Notes: generated by a model from the letters alone, not told the origin. Counted from the first letter of the stretch, positions 17,680 through 29,685 are shown. The stretch: 64,000 bases of DNA from an uncultured Clostridia bacterium (GCA_944381105.1 CALWJU010000041.1:1217-65216), one strand, 5' to 3'. Program-made: numbers and translations.

Positions 17680-17806
17680 TTGCATATGGTGGTTTTTCGT
17701 CTTATACAATCAATTTTTTGCATAAATTACATATATAGTATGTTGTATATTATTTAACTGCCAATATATAGATTTTAAAGTTTTTAAGCATAGTTAGAAA
17801 TTTGTT

Positions 17807-17834
17807 TTGATATTTTAAAAATTTATGCTACAAT
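17807..17834 (+). promoter_or_regulatory. sigma-A type promoter TTGATA-16-TACAAT (TG-extended), 7 nt from the ATG at 17842
   Basis: TTGATA 17807-17812, TG 17826-17827, TACAAT 17829-17834. No SD before the ATG. Confidence 0.45.
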
Positions 17835-17841
17835 ATGTATT

Positions 17842-18876
17842 ATGAAAAAGATAAGTTTTTATGAACAAAGAGATTTAAAAAATAGAATAAGAATGTCTAA
17901 GTATGTAGAAAAACTCCCCGACTATTGCTTAGATTTCTTTATTGGAATTGAAAATAATACATCTTCGTTAACTAGATATAATTATGCAATGGATTTGTTT
18001 ATTTTTTTTAACTATTTAGCCAATTATGTGTTTAAAAAGAAGGAAGTAGATATAACACTTAAAAATTTAGACTCGCTTAAATCTAGAAATATAGAGCAAT
18101 ATCTATCATATTTATCTTTTTATGAATTAGACGGAAAACAATACAAGAATGACGAGAGAGGAAAAGCAAGAAAACTTGCTTCGCTACGCAGTTTTTTTAA
18201 ATATCTATTTAATCACGATTTAATAAGTTCTAATGTGGTAAGTAAAATCGAAACACCAAAATTACACAACAAGGAAATTATAAGACTAGAAAAAAATGAA
18301 GTAAAAAAACTTATGGAAACAATTGAAAACCCTACTGAATTTTCTAAGCATCAACAAGAATACAACAAGCAAACTTTTGAAAGAGATAATGCTATTATCA
18401 CTTTGTTTTTAGGTACAGGTATACGTATTTCTGAACTTGTAGGACTTAATATTGAGAGTTTTGATTTTAGTCAAAATGCATTTTTGGTTACACGAAAAGG
18501 TGGAAATCAGACAACACTCTACTTTTCAAAAGAAGTTGCTCTTGCACTAAAAACTTGGCTTGAAAAGAGAGCCACACTAAATCTTCCAGAAGATGAGAAT
18601 GCTATGTTTATATCATTGCAAAATAGAAGGATTTCTATACGAGCAGTAGAAAACTTAGTAAAAAAATATGCCAAAATTGCTTCGCCTTTGAAGAAAATTT
18701 CGCCTCATAAATTAAGGAGTACTTTTGGCACAAATTTATACAAAGAAACAAGAGATATTTATATAGTTGCAGATGTACTTGGACATAAAGATGTAAATAC
18801 CACCAAAAAACATTATGCAGCAATAAGCGAAGACATGAGAAAAAGTGTTGCTGAAATCATAAAAATAAATTCATAA
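17842..18876 (+). CDS. tyrosine recombinase, XerC/XerD (phage integrase) family
   Basis: N-terminal SAM-like core-binding domain. Catalytic residues in RISELVGL, HKLRSTFGT and LGHKDVNTTKKHY. Confidence 0.85.
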   Translation: MKKISFYEQRDLKNRIRMSKYVEKLPDYCLDFFIGIENNTSSLTRYNYAMDLFIFFNYLANYVFKKKEVDITLKNLDSLKSRNIEQYLSYLSFYELDGKQYKNDERGKARKLASLRSFFKYLFNHDLISSNVVSKIETPKLHNKEIIRLEKNEVKKLMETIENPTEFSKHQQEYNKQTFERDNAIITLFLGTGIRISELVGLNIESFDFSQNAFLVTRKGGNQTTLYFSKEVALALKTWLEKRATLNLPEDENAMFISLQNRRISIRAVENLVKKYAKIASPLKKISPHKLRSTFGTNLYKETRDIYIVADVLGHKDVNTTKKHYAAISEDMRKSVAEIIKINS

Positions 18877-18945
18877 TTCTATGTATAATTTTAAGTTTGC
18901 TGCACAAGATAATAGTGTGAAGGAGATATGCTTCACATTATATAG

Positions 18946-18985
18946 AAAGAAGTTAAGACATTATGCCATAACTTCTTTTTATTTT
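18946..18985 (+). terminator. intrinsic terminator after the recombinase gene
   Basis: AAAGAAGTTA ... TAACTTCTTT followed by a T-run. Preceded by a second hairpin (TGTGAAG/CTTCACA). Confidence 0.7.
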
Positions 18986-19232
18986 GTTTACATTTTAGAC
19001 CAATTTTAGAGCGGTTTATTTACTAAAATTAATTGTCAAAAGTGGAAAAATACTATTCATGTAACTGTTGGGTTAAAAACGACTTTTATGATTAGCAAGT
19101 AGGTGCATGATTATGTAATGAAAATTGTTTTAACACGAATAAAGCATATAAGTTTATAAGGTTTATATTTTCAAAAAGATATATTTTTATATTTGAATAC
19201 TTTTTCAAATAAAATTATAATTGGACTTTTTA

Positions 19233-19832
19233 TTATAAAACTTTGCTCGACAGAAGAAAACTATACATTTTAAGATGATTTCGAAGGTCTTTATAATTTG
19301 GAAGATATTTCTCAACTAGTTGCCAAAATTTTTTTGAGTGGTTAAACTCTTTGCTATGGCATAATTCATGAGTGATTATATAAATTACTAGATCCTTCGG
19401 TAAAATTACGATTTTCCAGTTTAAACGCATTTTTTTGTTACTGTCTAAACTCCCCCAAATTCTTTTTGAATTTGCTATATCGACAGATTTATATTTTAAA
19501 TTATATTTTATTGATAATTCATTTACTAGTGGTTTGATAATTTTCAAAAAATAATCGGAATATACTTTTGATTTATCTTCTTTACAAAGATATGGTTTTC
19601 CAAACAAGTAGACACAGTTATCAAATTTATATTGTTCTTTAATTTTGTTCATTTCATTAATTTTTAACATTTGTTTATCAAGCCAACGTTGTTTTGACAA
19701 TATAAATTCTTTTATTTTTTCGTCGTTTAGTGAGTTTGGAGCACTAACTGTTATCTCTCCGTTATTGGTTATTTTTAATCGTATTGTTTTAAATCTACCT
19801 TTTATTATTTTTGCTTTAAACTTATTTTCCAT
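19233..19832 (-). CDS. M48-like metallopeptidase / YgjP (DUF45) family protein
   Basis: ITHELCHSKEFNHSKKFW (HExxH plus downstream His) and typical DUF45 length. TATAAT lies 8 nt from the ATG, with no SD. Confidence 0.75.
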   Translation of the reverse strand: MENKFKAKIIKGRFKTIRLKITNNGEITVSAPNSLNDEKIKEFILSKQRWLDKQMLKINEMNKIKEQYKFDNCVYLFGKPYLCKEDKSKVYSDYFLKIIKPLVNELSIKYNLKYKSVDIANSKRIWGSLDSNKKMRLNWKIVILPKDLVIYIITHELCHSKEFNHSKKFWQLVEKYLPNYKDLRNHLKMYSFLLSSKVL

Positions 19833-19943
19833 AGAATAATATTATACTCACAAATTTATTATTTCAAAACGTTTTTATAAAATTATTTACTAGTATGCAA
19901 TGCATAATACCATAATATTTTAATTAAAATTATTAAAATTTGG

Positions 19944-19972
19944 TTGACTAATTTTCTATATTTTACTATAAT
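19944..19972 (+). promoter_or_regulatory. consensus-like promoter TTGACT-17-TATAAT for the PadR-like gene
   Basis: TTGACT 19944-19949, TATAAT 19967-19972. AGAGG SD before the ATG at 19990. Confidence 0.6.
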
Positions 19973-19989
19973 CAATTTAGAGGTATATT

Positions 19990-21792
19990 ATGGATTTATA
20001 CGCAAAGGGACAACTTTCTTTTTTGATATTGAATTGTCTGTTGGAACGGGACTACTATGGTCTTGATCTTATTAGTGAAATATATAATAAATCTAACGGT
20101 CGTATAGAATTGAAAAAACCCAGTGTTTATTCAAATCTTACAAGAATGGAAAAGCAAGGATATGTCTCCTCTTATCTTCGTAGTAGCGATTTAGGACCTA
20201 ACAGAAAGTATTACTCTATAACTGAAAGAGGACGTTCTTTTTATCAGGATTTGAAAGATTATTTTGATAGAAATAATATTGACGTATTCCGTGATTTTAA
20301 TGAATTTGATTCATCGCCAGATACAAACAATAAAGAAGAAAGTGAAAAATTGACTAGCATGAACAATTCGGCGAATGAAGAAATAAGAACAGAGTCAATA
20401 TATGAAAATAGTGAAAATGAAAACTCTGATTATTTTGATTTTTCAAGCATAGATGAGGATTCTACAAATGCTTCATCGGTAGATATAGAGCAAAAAGAAA
20501 ACGAGGTTTACACCGAAGGTCAGCATAACAAACTGCAAACTGATACATACTCGATAAATTCACAGTATTCCAATATGAACATAACTAGCAACGATAAAAA
20601 TGATTTTGTTGAAAAGGTAAATAAGCAGGATGTTAATGAAAACATTCAAGAAAAAGTAAAAGAAAATAAAAATGAAAGTATTCAAAACATTTCAACAGAG
20701 ACTAATAAAGAAGAAACAAAAAAAGATGACGCTGTATTCTTAAATAGCAAAGATGTTGAAGATTATAACAAGCGTCTCTATGATATTTCCAAAGATATAA
20801 ATAGGTATAGGCGCAAAAAGAGTTTTGCAGAAGACCAAATAGCCTTTCAAGTAGATAATTATTCCCCTATCAGTGAGGCAAATGAGAGAACAAAATCTAA
20901 TATCGAAGATTTCAAAAATTCATTGTTAGAAAGTAAGGGCAAAGCAAGTGTAGATAATCATGCTTATTCAAGGCAAATCTCTTATAGATTTAATAAAGAT
21001 AATTTATCATATCAAGATATTTTGAATTCAAGCAAAAATCAAAAAAGAGAAGAGCAATTTATAGATGATGGAAAGTTTATTACTAATAGATATGATGAAT
21101 CTCAGGTCGAACATGCAAAGAAAATTGAACCTCCAAGGCTTAAAATAATGACGGAGAACTCAAAGGATAATTATAAAATGCCTCCTCCAAATAGAGATAA
21201 ATCTATTGATCCTTCGCACAAAGAAATATTATCGAGACTATATTCAAAAACTAAAACATCAACAAATGACAACGAAGTTAGAGAAGATGCTTTATATGAT
21301 TATAATGATTTAAAAGATTTTTATCGAGATCAGAATATTTCTTTTAGCGAATATCGAAAGCCTGCTGAAAAAACCGAACATAATACCAATTTACTTTATT
21401 TAGTTGTTTCGCTTGTTACATTTTTTGTATCTGCAGTTTTTTCAGGTGTTTTATATGCCATACTCCTAAGTTCTAATTTAATAAATAACAATACAAGTTT
21501 CTTATTCATTCTACTACCTGCAATACTTTTAATAGATATTGCTGTAAGGTTATATAACTATAAAAAGTATAAAAGTTGGATGCCAAATCCTCTACTACAA
21601 CAATGGAAAATATGGGCATTAGCACTTCTTATATCTGCTGTTGTTGTGGGGGTAAACTTTATATGCGGAATGAATCCGTCTAATTTCTCTGAATTTGCAA
21701 CTACAACTATCTTGCCTATTATTTTGGCTTTTGTAATTTTCCCATTTAGATACTATTTCAATAGATTTTTATTGATAAAATATTGGAGATAG
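19990..21792 (+). CDS. PadR-family winged-helix domain fused to a long low-complexity linker and a C-terminal multi-pass membrane anchor
   Basis: N-terminus LLERDYYGLDLISEI..SVYSNLTRMEKQGYVSS..RKYYSITERG is PadR-like. About 350 aa are N/S/K/E/D-rich. About four hydrophobic helices occupy the last ~130 aa. Confidence 0.7.
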   Translation: MDLYAKGQLSFLILNCLLERDYYGLDLISEIYNKSNGRIELKKPSVYSNLTRMEKQGYVSSYLRSSDLGPNRKYYSITERGRSFYQDLKDYFDRNNIDVFRDFNEFDSSPDTNNKEESEKLTSMNNSANEEIRTESIYENSENENSDYFDFSSIDEDSTNASSVDIEQKENEVYTEGQHNKLQTDTYSINSQYSNMNITSNDKNDFVEKVNKQDVNENIQEKVKENKNESIQNISTETNKEETKKDDAVFLNSKDVEDYNKRLYDISKDINRYRRKKSFAEDQIAFQVDNYSPISEANERTKSNIEDFKNSLLESKGKASVDNHAYSRQISYRFNKDNLSYQDILNSSKNQKREEQFIDDGKFITNRYDESQVEHAKKIEPPRLKIMTENSKDNYKMPPPNRDKSIDPSHKEILSRLYSKTKTSTNDNEVREDALYDYNDLKDFYRDQNISFSEYRKPAEKTEHNTNLLYLVVSLVTFFVSAVFSGVLYAILLSSNLINNNTSFLFILLPAILLIDIAVRLYNYKKYKSWMPNPLLQQWKIWALALLISAVVVGVNFICGMNPSNFSEFATTTILPIILAFVIFPFRYYFNRFLLIKYWR

Positions 21793-21861
21793 GCTATAAA
21801 CTAAGATGCAACAAATTTATTTTCGTTATTTGATAAAAATGCCTTAGCAAATAGTGAAATG

Positions 21862-22473
21862 CTAAGGTTTTTTATTTGTATTTTTCTTTTTAATATCAAA
21901 CAGAGAAAATATGAGATCAAATAACAATACAACTATTATGATAAATAAAGATATCATAAATATATAACTAATTGAGTTTTCAAATATTGTGCATAGCAAT
22001 GTTACTGATGCAGAAGATATGATCGCTCCTATTGCAATTGCTAAAAAAGAGTAATGAATATTTAAATTGGAAATTCCTGCTATCAAACTCCCCGTCCAAA
22101 CTCCTGTAAGCGGTAATGGTACAGCAACAAATACACCAAGTGCTATATACTTTTTGAGGTCGGAGTTTTTATTTTGTATATTTTTCCCACGTAGTGCGTA
22201 TTTTTGTATTAATTTGCTTGTAATAAAGCCTGTGGTTTTTTGTTTTAGATGTCTAACTATAATTATTATAATATAGCAAGGTATAATAGAACCTAAAAAT
22301 GAGAGCAAAAATGACGTCAATGGAGAAAAAGCGTTGCTCCCCCAAATCGCAGTGTTCATTGCTAGTGGTATTGCAATTTTGCTTTCTAGTGTTGGACACA
22401 TGGCGACTAATAATACAGCAAGCCATACACAATTTGAAAAATTATCGCTTAAAAAGTCAATAAAAAAATCCAT
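21862..22473 (-). CDS. small multidrug export-like membrane protein (COG2426 / Sm_multidrug_ex family)
   Basis: LESKIAIPLA and VAVPLPLTGVWTGSLIAG motifs; multi-pass membrane protein. Confidence 0.65.
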   Translation of the reverse strand: MDFFIDFLSDNFSNCVWLAVLLVAMCPTLESKIAIPLAMNTAIWGSNAFSPLTSFLLSFLGSIIPCYIIIIIVRHLKQKTTGFITSKLIQKYALRGKNIQNKNSDLKKYIALGVFVAVPLPLTGVWTGSLIAGISNLNIHYSFLAIAIGAIISSASVTLLCTIFENSISYIFMISLFIIIVVLLFDLIFSLFDIKKKNTNKKP

Positions 22474-22646
22474 AATACATTTTATTTTGCTATATGAATT
22501 GATATTACAAAAAATAATATTTTTTATATATAGTTTTATCAGAATATTTTAAATTTAGGTTTGATGATTCAATAAAAAAGGCTTCTCTTTGAATTACACC
22601 TTAAAAGATAAACTTATTTGGGTGGTAATTTAGAAGCCTATTTTAT

Positions 22647-24236
22647 TTATTTTGCTGTTTCTGTTACTCTACTTTCTCTAATAACAACTACTTTAATTTG
22701 TCCAGGATATTGCATTTCATTTTCAATACGCTTTGTTACATCTTTTGCAAGAACTACGGCTTCATTGTCGCTAATTTGTTCTGGCTTTACTATTATACGA
22801 ACCTCTCGACCTGCTTGTATAGCATAGGATTTTTCAACACCTTTGAAATCATTGCAAATACCTTCAAGTTGTTCAAGTCTTTTGATGTAATTTTCAAAAC
22901 TTTCACGTCTTGCACCTGGCCTAGAACTTGATATAGCATCAGCAACCTGTACAATTACCGCCTCTACGCTTTGGAATGGTACTTCGCCATGATGAGCATG
23001 AATGCAGTGTATAACTGCCTCAGATTCTTTATATTTTCTTGCTAGATCAACACCTATTGAAACGTGCGTTCCTTCTATTTCATGGTCGAGAGCCTTGCCT
23101 ATATCATGAAGAAGTCCTCCTCTTTTTGCTATTGCAACATTTGCTCCAAGTTCGGTTGCAAGAAGTCCAGCAATTATAGATGTTTCAATGCTATGTTTTA
23201 AACAATTTTGACTATAACTTGTCCTGTATTTTAATCTGCCTAAAACTTTAACAAGTTCAGGATTTAAGTTGTAAATTCCAACATCATTGCAAGCCTCTTC
23301 ACCTGCTTCTTTTATTGATTTTTCAACTTCTTTGGTCGCTTTTAATACTACCTCTTCAATTCTTCCTGGATGAATACGTCCATCAATAATAAGTTTTTCT
23401 AGTGCAATCCTTGCGATTTCCCTTCTAACAGGGTCAAAACAAGAAATAGTTATTGATTCAGGAGTGTCATCGACAATAAGTTCCACCCCTGTTGCGCTTT
23501 CGATTGAACGGATATTACGCCCTTCTCTTCCAATAATTCTTCCTTTCATTTCATCGTTAGGAAGCGCTACACTTGTTACCGTTGTTTCTGAGGTAAGGTC
23601 AGTTGCACATTTTTGAATTGCTGTAACAACTATATCTCTTGCAATTTTATCAGCGTTTTCTTTTGTTTCTTCCTCAATTTGCTTGATTATGGCACCAGCA
23701 TCCTTTTTTGCCTCTTCTCTAACATTTTCAAGCAAGATGTCCTTAGCCTCTTTCTTTGATAGTCCAGATATTGTTTCTAACCTTTCTAGCATCTGACTGC
23801 GAATTTCTTCTTGCTCCTTTATTTTTTCTTGTAGTTTGAGTTTTGTATCTTCTAACGTATTTTTTTCATTTTCAAGTTGTTGAGTTTTGGTATCCAAAGT
23901 AGTCTCTTTTTTTGTAAGATATTCTTCTCTTTGGTCAAGCCTTTCCTCTTGTTTTTGAAGTTCTCCTCTTCTTTCTTTCACTTCATTGTTGGCTTCATCA
24001 CGAATTTTTTGTGCTTCATCCTTAGCCTCAATAAGTGATTCTTTTTTTATGCTCTTTGCTTCTGCATACGCCTCTTCAATTATCTTTACAGCATTAGATT
24101 TACTATTATCAAGTTTTTTATTTATGACAATTTTATAAATTATAGCCCCAAGTATTGCCCCTACAAGCAAGGCAACAACTCCACTAACTACACCGGCGGT
24201 AACAGCAGCATCGCATAATATGCTTAAACTGCTCAT
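22647..24236 (-). CDS. rny: ribonuclease Y
   Basis: N-terminal TM helix, coiled coil, KH domain (GREGRNIR) and HD domain (LLHDIGKA). Confidence 0.95.
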   Translation of the reverse strand: MSSLSILCDAAVTAGVVSGVVALLVGAILGAIIYKIVINKKLDNSKSNAVKIIEEAYAEAKSIKKESLIEAKDEAQKIRDEANNEVKERRGELQKQEERLDQREEYLTKKETTLDTKTQQLENEKNTLEDTKLKLQEKIKEQEEIRSQMLERLETISGLSKKEAKDILLENVREEAKKDAGAIIKQIEEETKENADKIARDIVVTAIQKCATDLTSETTVTSVALPNDEMKGRIIGREGRNIRSIESATGVELIVDDTPESITISCFDPVRREIARIALEKLIIDGRIHPGRIEEVVLKATKEVEKSIKEAGEEACNDVGIYNLNPELVKVLGRLKYRTSYSQNCLKHSIETSIIAGLLATELGANVAIAKRGGLLHDIGKALDHEIEGTHVSIGVDLARKYKESEAVIHCIHAHHGEVPFQSVEAVIVQVADAISSSRPGARRESFENYIKRLEQLEGICNDFKGVEKSYAIQAGREVRIIVKPEQISDNEAVVLAKDVTKRIENEMQYPGQIKVVVIRESRVTETAK

Positions 24237-24293
24237 TTTTTATCCCCTTTTAATATAGTGTTTACTTAAAATAGGCAAAACACTACCATAATA

Positions 24294-24322
24294 ATTATAC
24301 ATGATATTCACAAGCATGTCAA
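24294..24322 (-). promoter_or_regulatory. consensus promoter TTGACA-17-TATAAT for rny
   Basis: Minus-strand TTGACA (24322-24317) and TATAAT (24299-24294). Confidence 0.6.
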
Positions 24323-24490
24323 ATAAAAGAGAGCAAATTTAAAATTCTTTAAATATTTGTTTGCGATTGGTAAAAAATAATAAAAATAGGATTATTGATC
24401 TTTATCTTATACAGTTATATAAACATAAAAATAGCATAAAATTCTGAATGTAGAATAGAAAAAACACTATTATAAACATTAGATTGAAAA

Positions 24491-25618
<1,128 letters not shown>

Positions 25619-25786
25619 TTAACTCTCCTTAACTATCATAAAAAGTGATTTTATTTTTAAAGCAGTTTTACTACGTTATCTAATTGGCTATATGTTGTTT
25701 TGTTGGGAATATAATTGTTATAGTTGCATATAGTATTATGTCTCGCATACAAATAGATATATATAGTATTATGCAGTACATAATAG

Positions 25787-26833
25787 TTAATAAATAAACA
25801 TTGCATCTCCAAAAGAAAAAAATCTATATCTTTGCTCCACTGCTTCTTTGTATATTGCCATTGTTTCATCATAACCTGCAAAGGCAGAGATAAGCATTAT
25901 TAAAGTGCTTTCTGGCAAATGAAAGTTTGTGATAAGTGCATCGACAACTTTGAATTTATATGATGGATAAATAAAAATATTTGTTTCTCGTTTCTGAGGG
26001 ATAATAATTCCGTTTTCGTCCGCACAACTTTCAAGCACTCTTACAGAGGTTGTCCCTACGGCTATGATTCTTCGGTTCGCTCTTTTCGCACTGTTGAGTT
26101 TTTCTGCGTTTTCATCGGTCATTTCTATATATTCGCTGTGCATTTCATGATTTAATATATTGTCTTCTTTGACAGGTCTAAATGTTCCTAGTCCGACATG
26201 CAGTAAAACTTCTACAATTTCAATGCCTTTTTCTTTTATTTTTTGGAGCAATTCTGGCGTAAAGTGAAGCCCAGCGGTTGGAGCAGCAGAAGAACCCTCT
26301 ACCTTTGAATAAACTGTTTGATACCTTTCTTTATCCTTTAATTTCTCGTGAATATAAGGAGGAAGAGGCATCTGTCCAACCTCGCTTAACCTTTCTTCAA
26401 AAACTCCGTCAAACTCATATTGAATAGTACATGCTCCATACTCTCCTTTTGATAGCACAAAGCAAGATAAGTCCTTATTAAACGTTATCTTAGTGCCAAC
26501 TGAAAGTCTTTTAAATGGTCTTGCTATTACTTCCCACTTTTTTAAATCAATGCGTTTTTGAAGTAGGATTTCTATTTTTGCACCTGTATCTTTATAACCA
26601 TAAAGTCTTGCTGGCAAAACCCTAGTATTATTTACTACAAGTACATCACCTCTATGTAAATAGTCAATTATATCTCTAAATACTCTGTGTTCAATAGTCT
26701 TTTTAGTTTTATTATAAACTAAAAGTCTTGAACTATCCCTAGGCTCAATTGGTGATTGTGCTATAAGTTCTTCTGGCAAGTTATAATAATAACTACTCTT
26801 TAAATATAAATCTTTATTGTCTTTGTTACTCAT
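25787..26833 (-). CDS. queA: S-adenosylmethionine:tRNA ribosyltransferase-isomerase
   Basis: [28 protein letters not shown] and [10 protein letters not shown]. Confidence 0.95.
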   Translation of the reverse strand: MSNKDNKDLYLKSSYYYNLPEELIAQSPIEPRDSSRLLVYNKTKKTIEHRVFRDIIDYLHRGDVLVVNNTRVLPARLYGYKDTGAKIEILLQKRIDLKKWEVIARPFKRLSVGTKITFNKDLSCFVLSKGEYGACTIQYEFDGVFEERLSEVGQMPLPPYIHEKLKDKERYQTVYSKVEGSSAAPTAGLHFTPELLQKIKEKGIEIVEVLLHVGLGTFRPVKEDNILNHEMHSEYIEMTDENAEKLNSAKRANRRIIAVGTTSVRVLESCADENGIIIPQKRETNIFIYPSYKFKVVDALITNFHLPESTLIMLISAFAGYDETMAIYKEAVEQRYRFFSFGDAMFIY

Positions 26834-27057
26834 TTTATACTCTCTTTTTGATTTTTGATTAAATGTTTTGCATCTAACAGGTAAACTTTTACTGAAATAT
26901 TTAGTGCACTTTAAATTTTTCTACTATATTGTTTGTTGAAAAATAATATTTAACTAAATATTGTAAGTATTTATTTTTCATACATACTAAATATTGTAGT
27001 CAGCGAAATGACGAATTTTATTATCAAATCTTATTGTTTATTTATTCGAAATATACC

Positions 27058-28071
27058 TTAATCGTTTTTATTTTCATATACAAGCCCAAAGTGTTTATAG
27101 GCTGGTTCTAATGCAATTCGACCTCTTGGAGTTCTTGATATAAAACCGAGTTGTAAGAGATATGGTTCATACACGTCCTCAATAGTGGTTGCGTCTTCGC
27201 TTATAGTTGCTGATAATGTGTCTAAACCAACTGGACCACCTCCAAATTTATTTATAATCGACAGCATGATTTTTCTATCTATTGTATCTAGACCTAATTC
27301 ATCAATTTCCATTATTTGAAGAGTTTTATTGGCTATTTCCTTAGTTACATGACCTTGTCCTAAAACCTGAGCATAATCTCTAACTCGTTTTAAAAGTCTG
27401 TTTGCTATACGTGGAGTTCCCCTAGAACGTTTAGCAATTTCTATGCTGGCATCTTTATCTATTGCCACGCCAAGAATTTTTGCTGAGCGGTCTATAATAA
27501 TTGATAATTCATCCGTTGAATAGAGTTCTAGCCTACAAATAACACCGAACCTATCTCGCAACGGATTTGTGAGCATCCCTGCCCTAGTAGTTGCACCGAT
27601 TAATGTAAAAGGTTTTATTTTTAGTCTCATATTTCTAGCCGATGGACCTTTTCCCACAATAAAATCAAGAGCAAAGTCCTCCATTGCTGGATATAAAATT
27701 TCCTCAACCGTTTTGTTAAGTCTATGTATTTCGTCGATAAATAACACATCGTTTTGATTTAAATTTGTAAGTATTGCAGCAAGATCTGCCGCATGCTCTA
27801 TTGCTGGTCCTGAGGTAACTTTAAATTGTGAGCCAAGTTCATTTGCTATGATATGAGAAAGTGTGGTTTTTCCTAGTCCTGGTGGACCATAAAGCAAAAC
27901 ATGGTCAAGGCTTTCTTTTCGCTCTTTTGCTGCTTTTATGTAAACAGATAATGATTCTTTAACCTTTGCCTGTCCTATATATTCATCAAAACTTGTTGGT
28001 CTTAGTGAGTTTTCTATCTCTGCATCTGTAAGATTTTTTGTGCTGGTTATAAATCTTTCATTTCCTTCCAT
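27058..28071 (-). CDS. ruvB: Holliday junction helicase RuvB
   Basis: Walker [10 protein letters not shown], Walker B FIDEIHRL, sensor and winged-helix regions. Confidence 0.95.
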   Translation of the reverse strand: MEGNERFITSTKNLTDAEIENSLRPTSFDEYIGQAKVKESLSVYIKAAKERKESLDHVLLYGPPGLGKTTLSHIIANELGSQFKVTSGPAIEHAADLAAILTNLNQNDVLFIDEIHRLNKTVEEILYPAMEDFALDFIVGKGPSARNMRLKIKPFTLIGATTRAGMLTNPLRDRFGVICRLELYSTDELSIIIDRSAKILGVAIDKDASIEIAKRSRGTPRIANRLLKRVRDYAQVLGQGHVTKEIANKTLQIMEIDELGLDTIDRKIMLSIINKFGGGPVGLDTLSATISEDATTIEDVYEPYLLQLGFISRTPRGRIALEPAYKHFGLVYENKND

Positions 28072-28664
28072 TATCCTTTATACCCCCTAAGCGACTTTGA
28101 TATAATTTCTTCTGCCGTTGCGTTATTGCCTGCATTAGATCTTGCAAGCATGTATGCTTCATTTTTAGAGATACCTAAACTAATCAGCGTATCAGTAGCC
28201 ATTTGCACAGCATCTTCATCATAATTTATATCATAGGTTTGTTCACTATCATCAATATGTAAAACATCTAACTTATCTTTTAATTCAAGACAAATTCTCT
28301 CTGCTGTTTTTTTGCCTAGACCTTTGATTTTAGATAATAATTTGGAATCCTCTTTTGCGATAGCCATTATTAAATCGGAAATACTTAAACCTGACAAAAT
28401 CGTTATAGCCATTTTAGGTCCAACACCGCTTACGGTGATTAACTTGTAGAATAAATCTCTTTCCTCAGTAGTAGAAAATCCATATAAGGAAATTCCATCT
28501 TCTCTTACACTCATATAAGTATATACTTTTGCACTTTCTTTTTCGTATGGAAGACTTACTAAGGTATTGTTTGAGACCGTTAGTTCAAACCCAACACCAT
28601 TTACATCCATTACAAGCGTATTATCTCTTTTTTCTTCAATTATTCCTAGTAAAAATGAAATCAT
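28071..28664 (-). CDS. ruvA: Holliday junction DNA-binding protein RuvA
   Basis: OB N-terminus, HhH motifs ([19 protein letters not shown]) and C-terminal domain III. Overlaps the ruvB start. Confidence 0.9.
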   Translation of the reverse strand: MISFLLGIIEEKRDNTLVMDVNGVGFELTVSNNTLVSLPYEKESAKVYTYMSVREDGISLYGFSTTEERDLFYKLITVSGVGPKMAITILSGLSISDLIMAIAKEDSKLLSKIKGLGKKTAERICLELKDKLDVLHIDDSEQTYDINYDEDAVQMATDTLISLGISKNEAYMLARSNAGNNATAEEIISKSLRGYKG

Positions 28665-28760
28665 ATAAACTTCCTTTTTTCATAATTTTAAATAAATATT
28701 GTATTTAATTTTTTTTTAAATTAATTAGTTTAAAGTATTATTACTTAAATATAAAAACAA

Positions 28761-29249
28761 TTAAACTTTGTTTTGATTAAGGCTGGGACTTGTTTGGCTA
28801 TGACATATTGCAACTGCAAGAGCATCAGCGGCATCATCAGGCTTTGGAATTGTGTTTAAGCCTAAAATTGCTTTTACCATGTATTGAACCTGTGCTTTTT
28901 CAGCCCTTCCTTGTCCTGTCAGTGCCTGTTTTATTTGAAGTGGAGTATATTCATAAATATTGCCACAATATTTTTGGCAGGCAAGAACGATAACTCCCCT
29001 TGCTTGTGCTACTTGAATGATTGTTTTTTGATTTTTAAAATAAAATAATTCCTCGATTGCTACGACCTCTGGTTTATATTTATCGAAAAGGAATTTTAAA
29101 CTTGCATCAATCGCTTCAAGTCTTATAGGCAAACTATCTTCCTTTGGAGTAGTAATTGCTCCGTAGTCAATAACCATATCTTTTTTTTCAGTATCTATTA
29201 TTCCGTATCCTATTATCGCATAACCTGGATCTATTCCTAAAATTATCAT
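28761..29249 (-). CDS. ruvC: crossover junction endodeoxyribonuclease RuvC
   Basis: MIILGIDPG, EELF and DAADALAVAICH motifs. Confidence 0.9.
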   Translation of the reverse strand: MIILGIDPGYAIIGYGIIDTEKKDMVIDYGAITTPKEDSLPIRLEAIDASLKFLFDKYKPEVVAIEELFYFKNQKTIIQVAQARGVIVLACQKYCGNIYEYTPLQIKQALTGQGRAEKAQVQYMVKAILGLNTIPKPDDAADALAVAICHSQTSPSLNQNKV

Positions 29250-29334
29250 AGTTATATTTTACAATATACATAAAAATAAGTCAAATTATATTTTTAATTT
29301 ACAAAATAAAAAAAATCAAAAATAAAAATGGTAT

Positions 29335-29589
29335 CTAAATACCATTCTCAATTTCTTCAAACTCATTATTAACTTTTTCTTTTTGTCCCATTTTATTCCC
29401 TTGTTGCTTTTCAATAGGTGGAAAGAACGATAGTTGTGCTTTCCCATCTTCTGATGCAAGCGAATATAAGCCTGAGTTTTTTATAAACTCATCGATCTGC
29501 GCTTCTTTTCTTGCTTTCTGGAAACTAACTGCGAATTGATGATTTCGCTCTTCCATTTCTTCTTCATATTTGTTGTAATCCCATCCCAT
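29335..29589 (-). CDS. small hypothetical protein (84 aa, acidic)
   Basis: GAGGAG SD 6 nt before the ATG. No family recognised. Confidence 0.5.
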   Translation of the reverse strand: MGWDYNKYEEEMEERNHQFAVSFQKARKEAQIDEFIKNSGLYSLASEDGKAQLSFFPPIEKQQGNKMGQKEKVNNEFEEIENGI

Positions 29590-29685
29590 AATTTCTCCTC
29601 AACTCATAAGAGAACGTAAAATTTACCCTCTCTAATGGTAGTATAACACATAACAAGTTAAATATCAAGGTATTTTTAAAATATT

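Noticed and set aside
17546-17700. Small peptide genes in the serS upstream region (for example a 33-codon minus-strand ORF from the ATG at 17685 running through repeat unit A)
   Set aside because: There is no SD before the ATG. The second repeat copy has no in-frame start codon and has an upstream in-frame stop. The ORF also runs through the terminator hairpin. An RNA-level function is more parsimonious.
25619-27057. preQ1 riboswitch upstream of queA or tgt
   Set aside because: No preQ1-I-like short hairpin with an A-rich tail was visible on the minus strand of either upstream region. These riboswitches usually control queCDEF/queT rather than queA/tgt.
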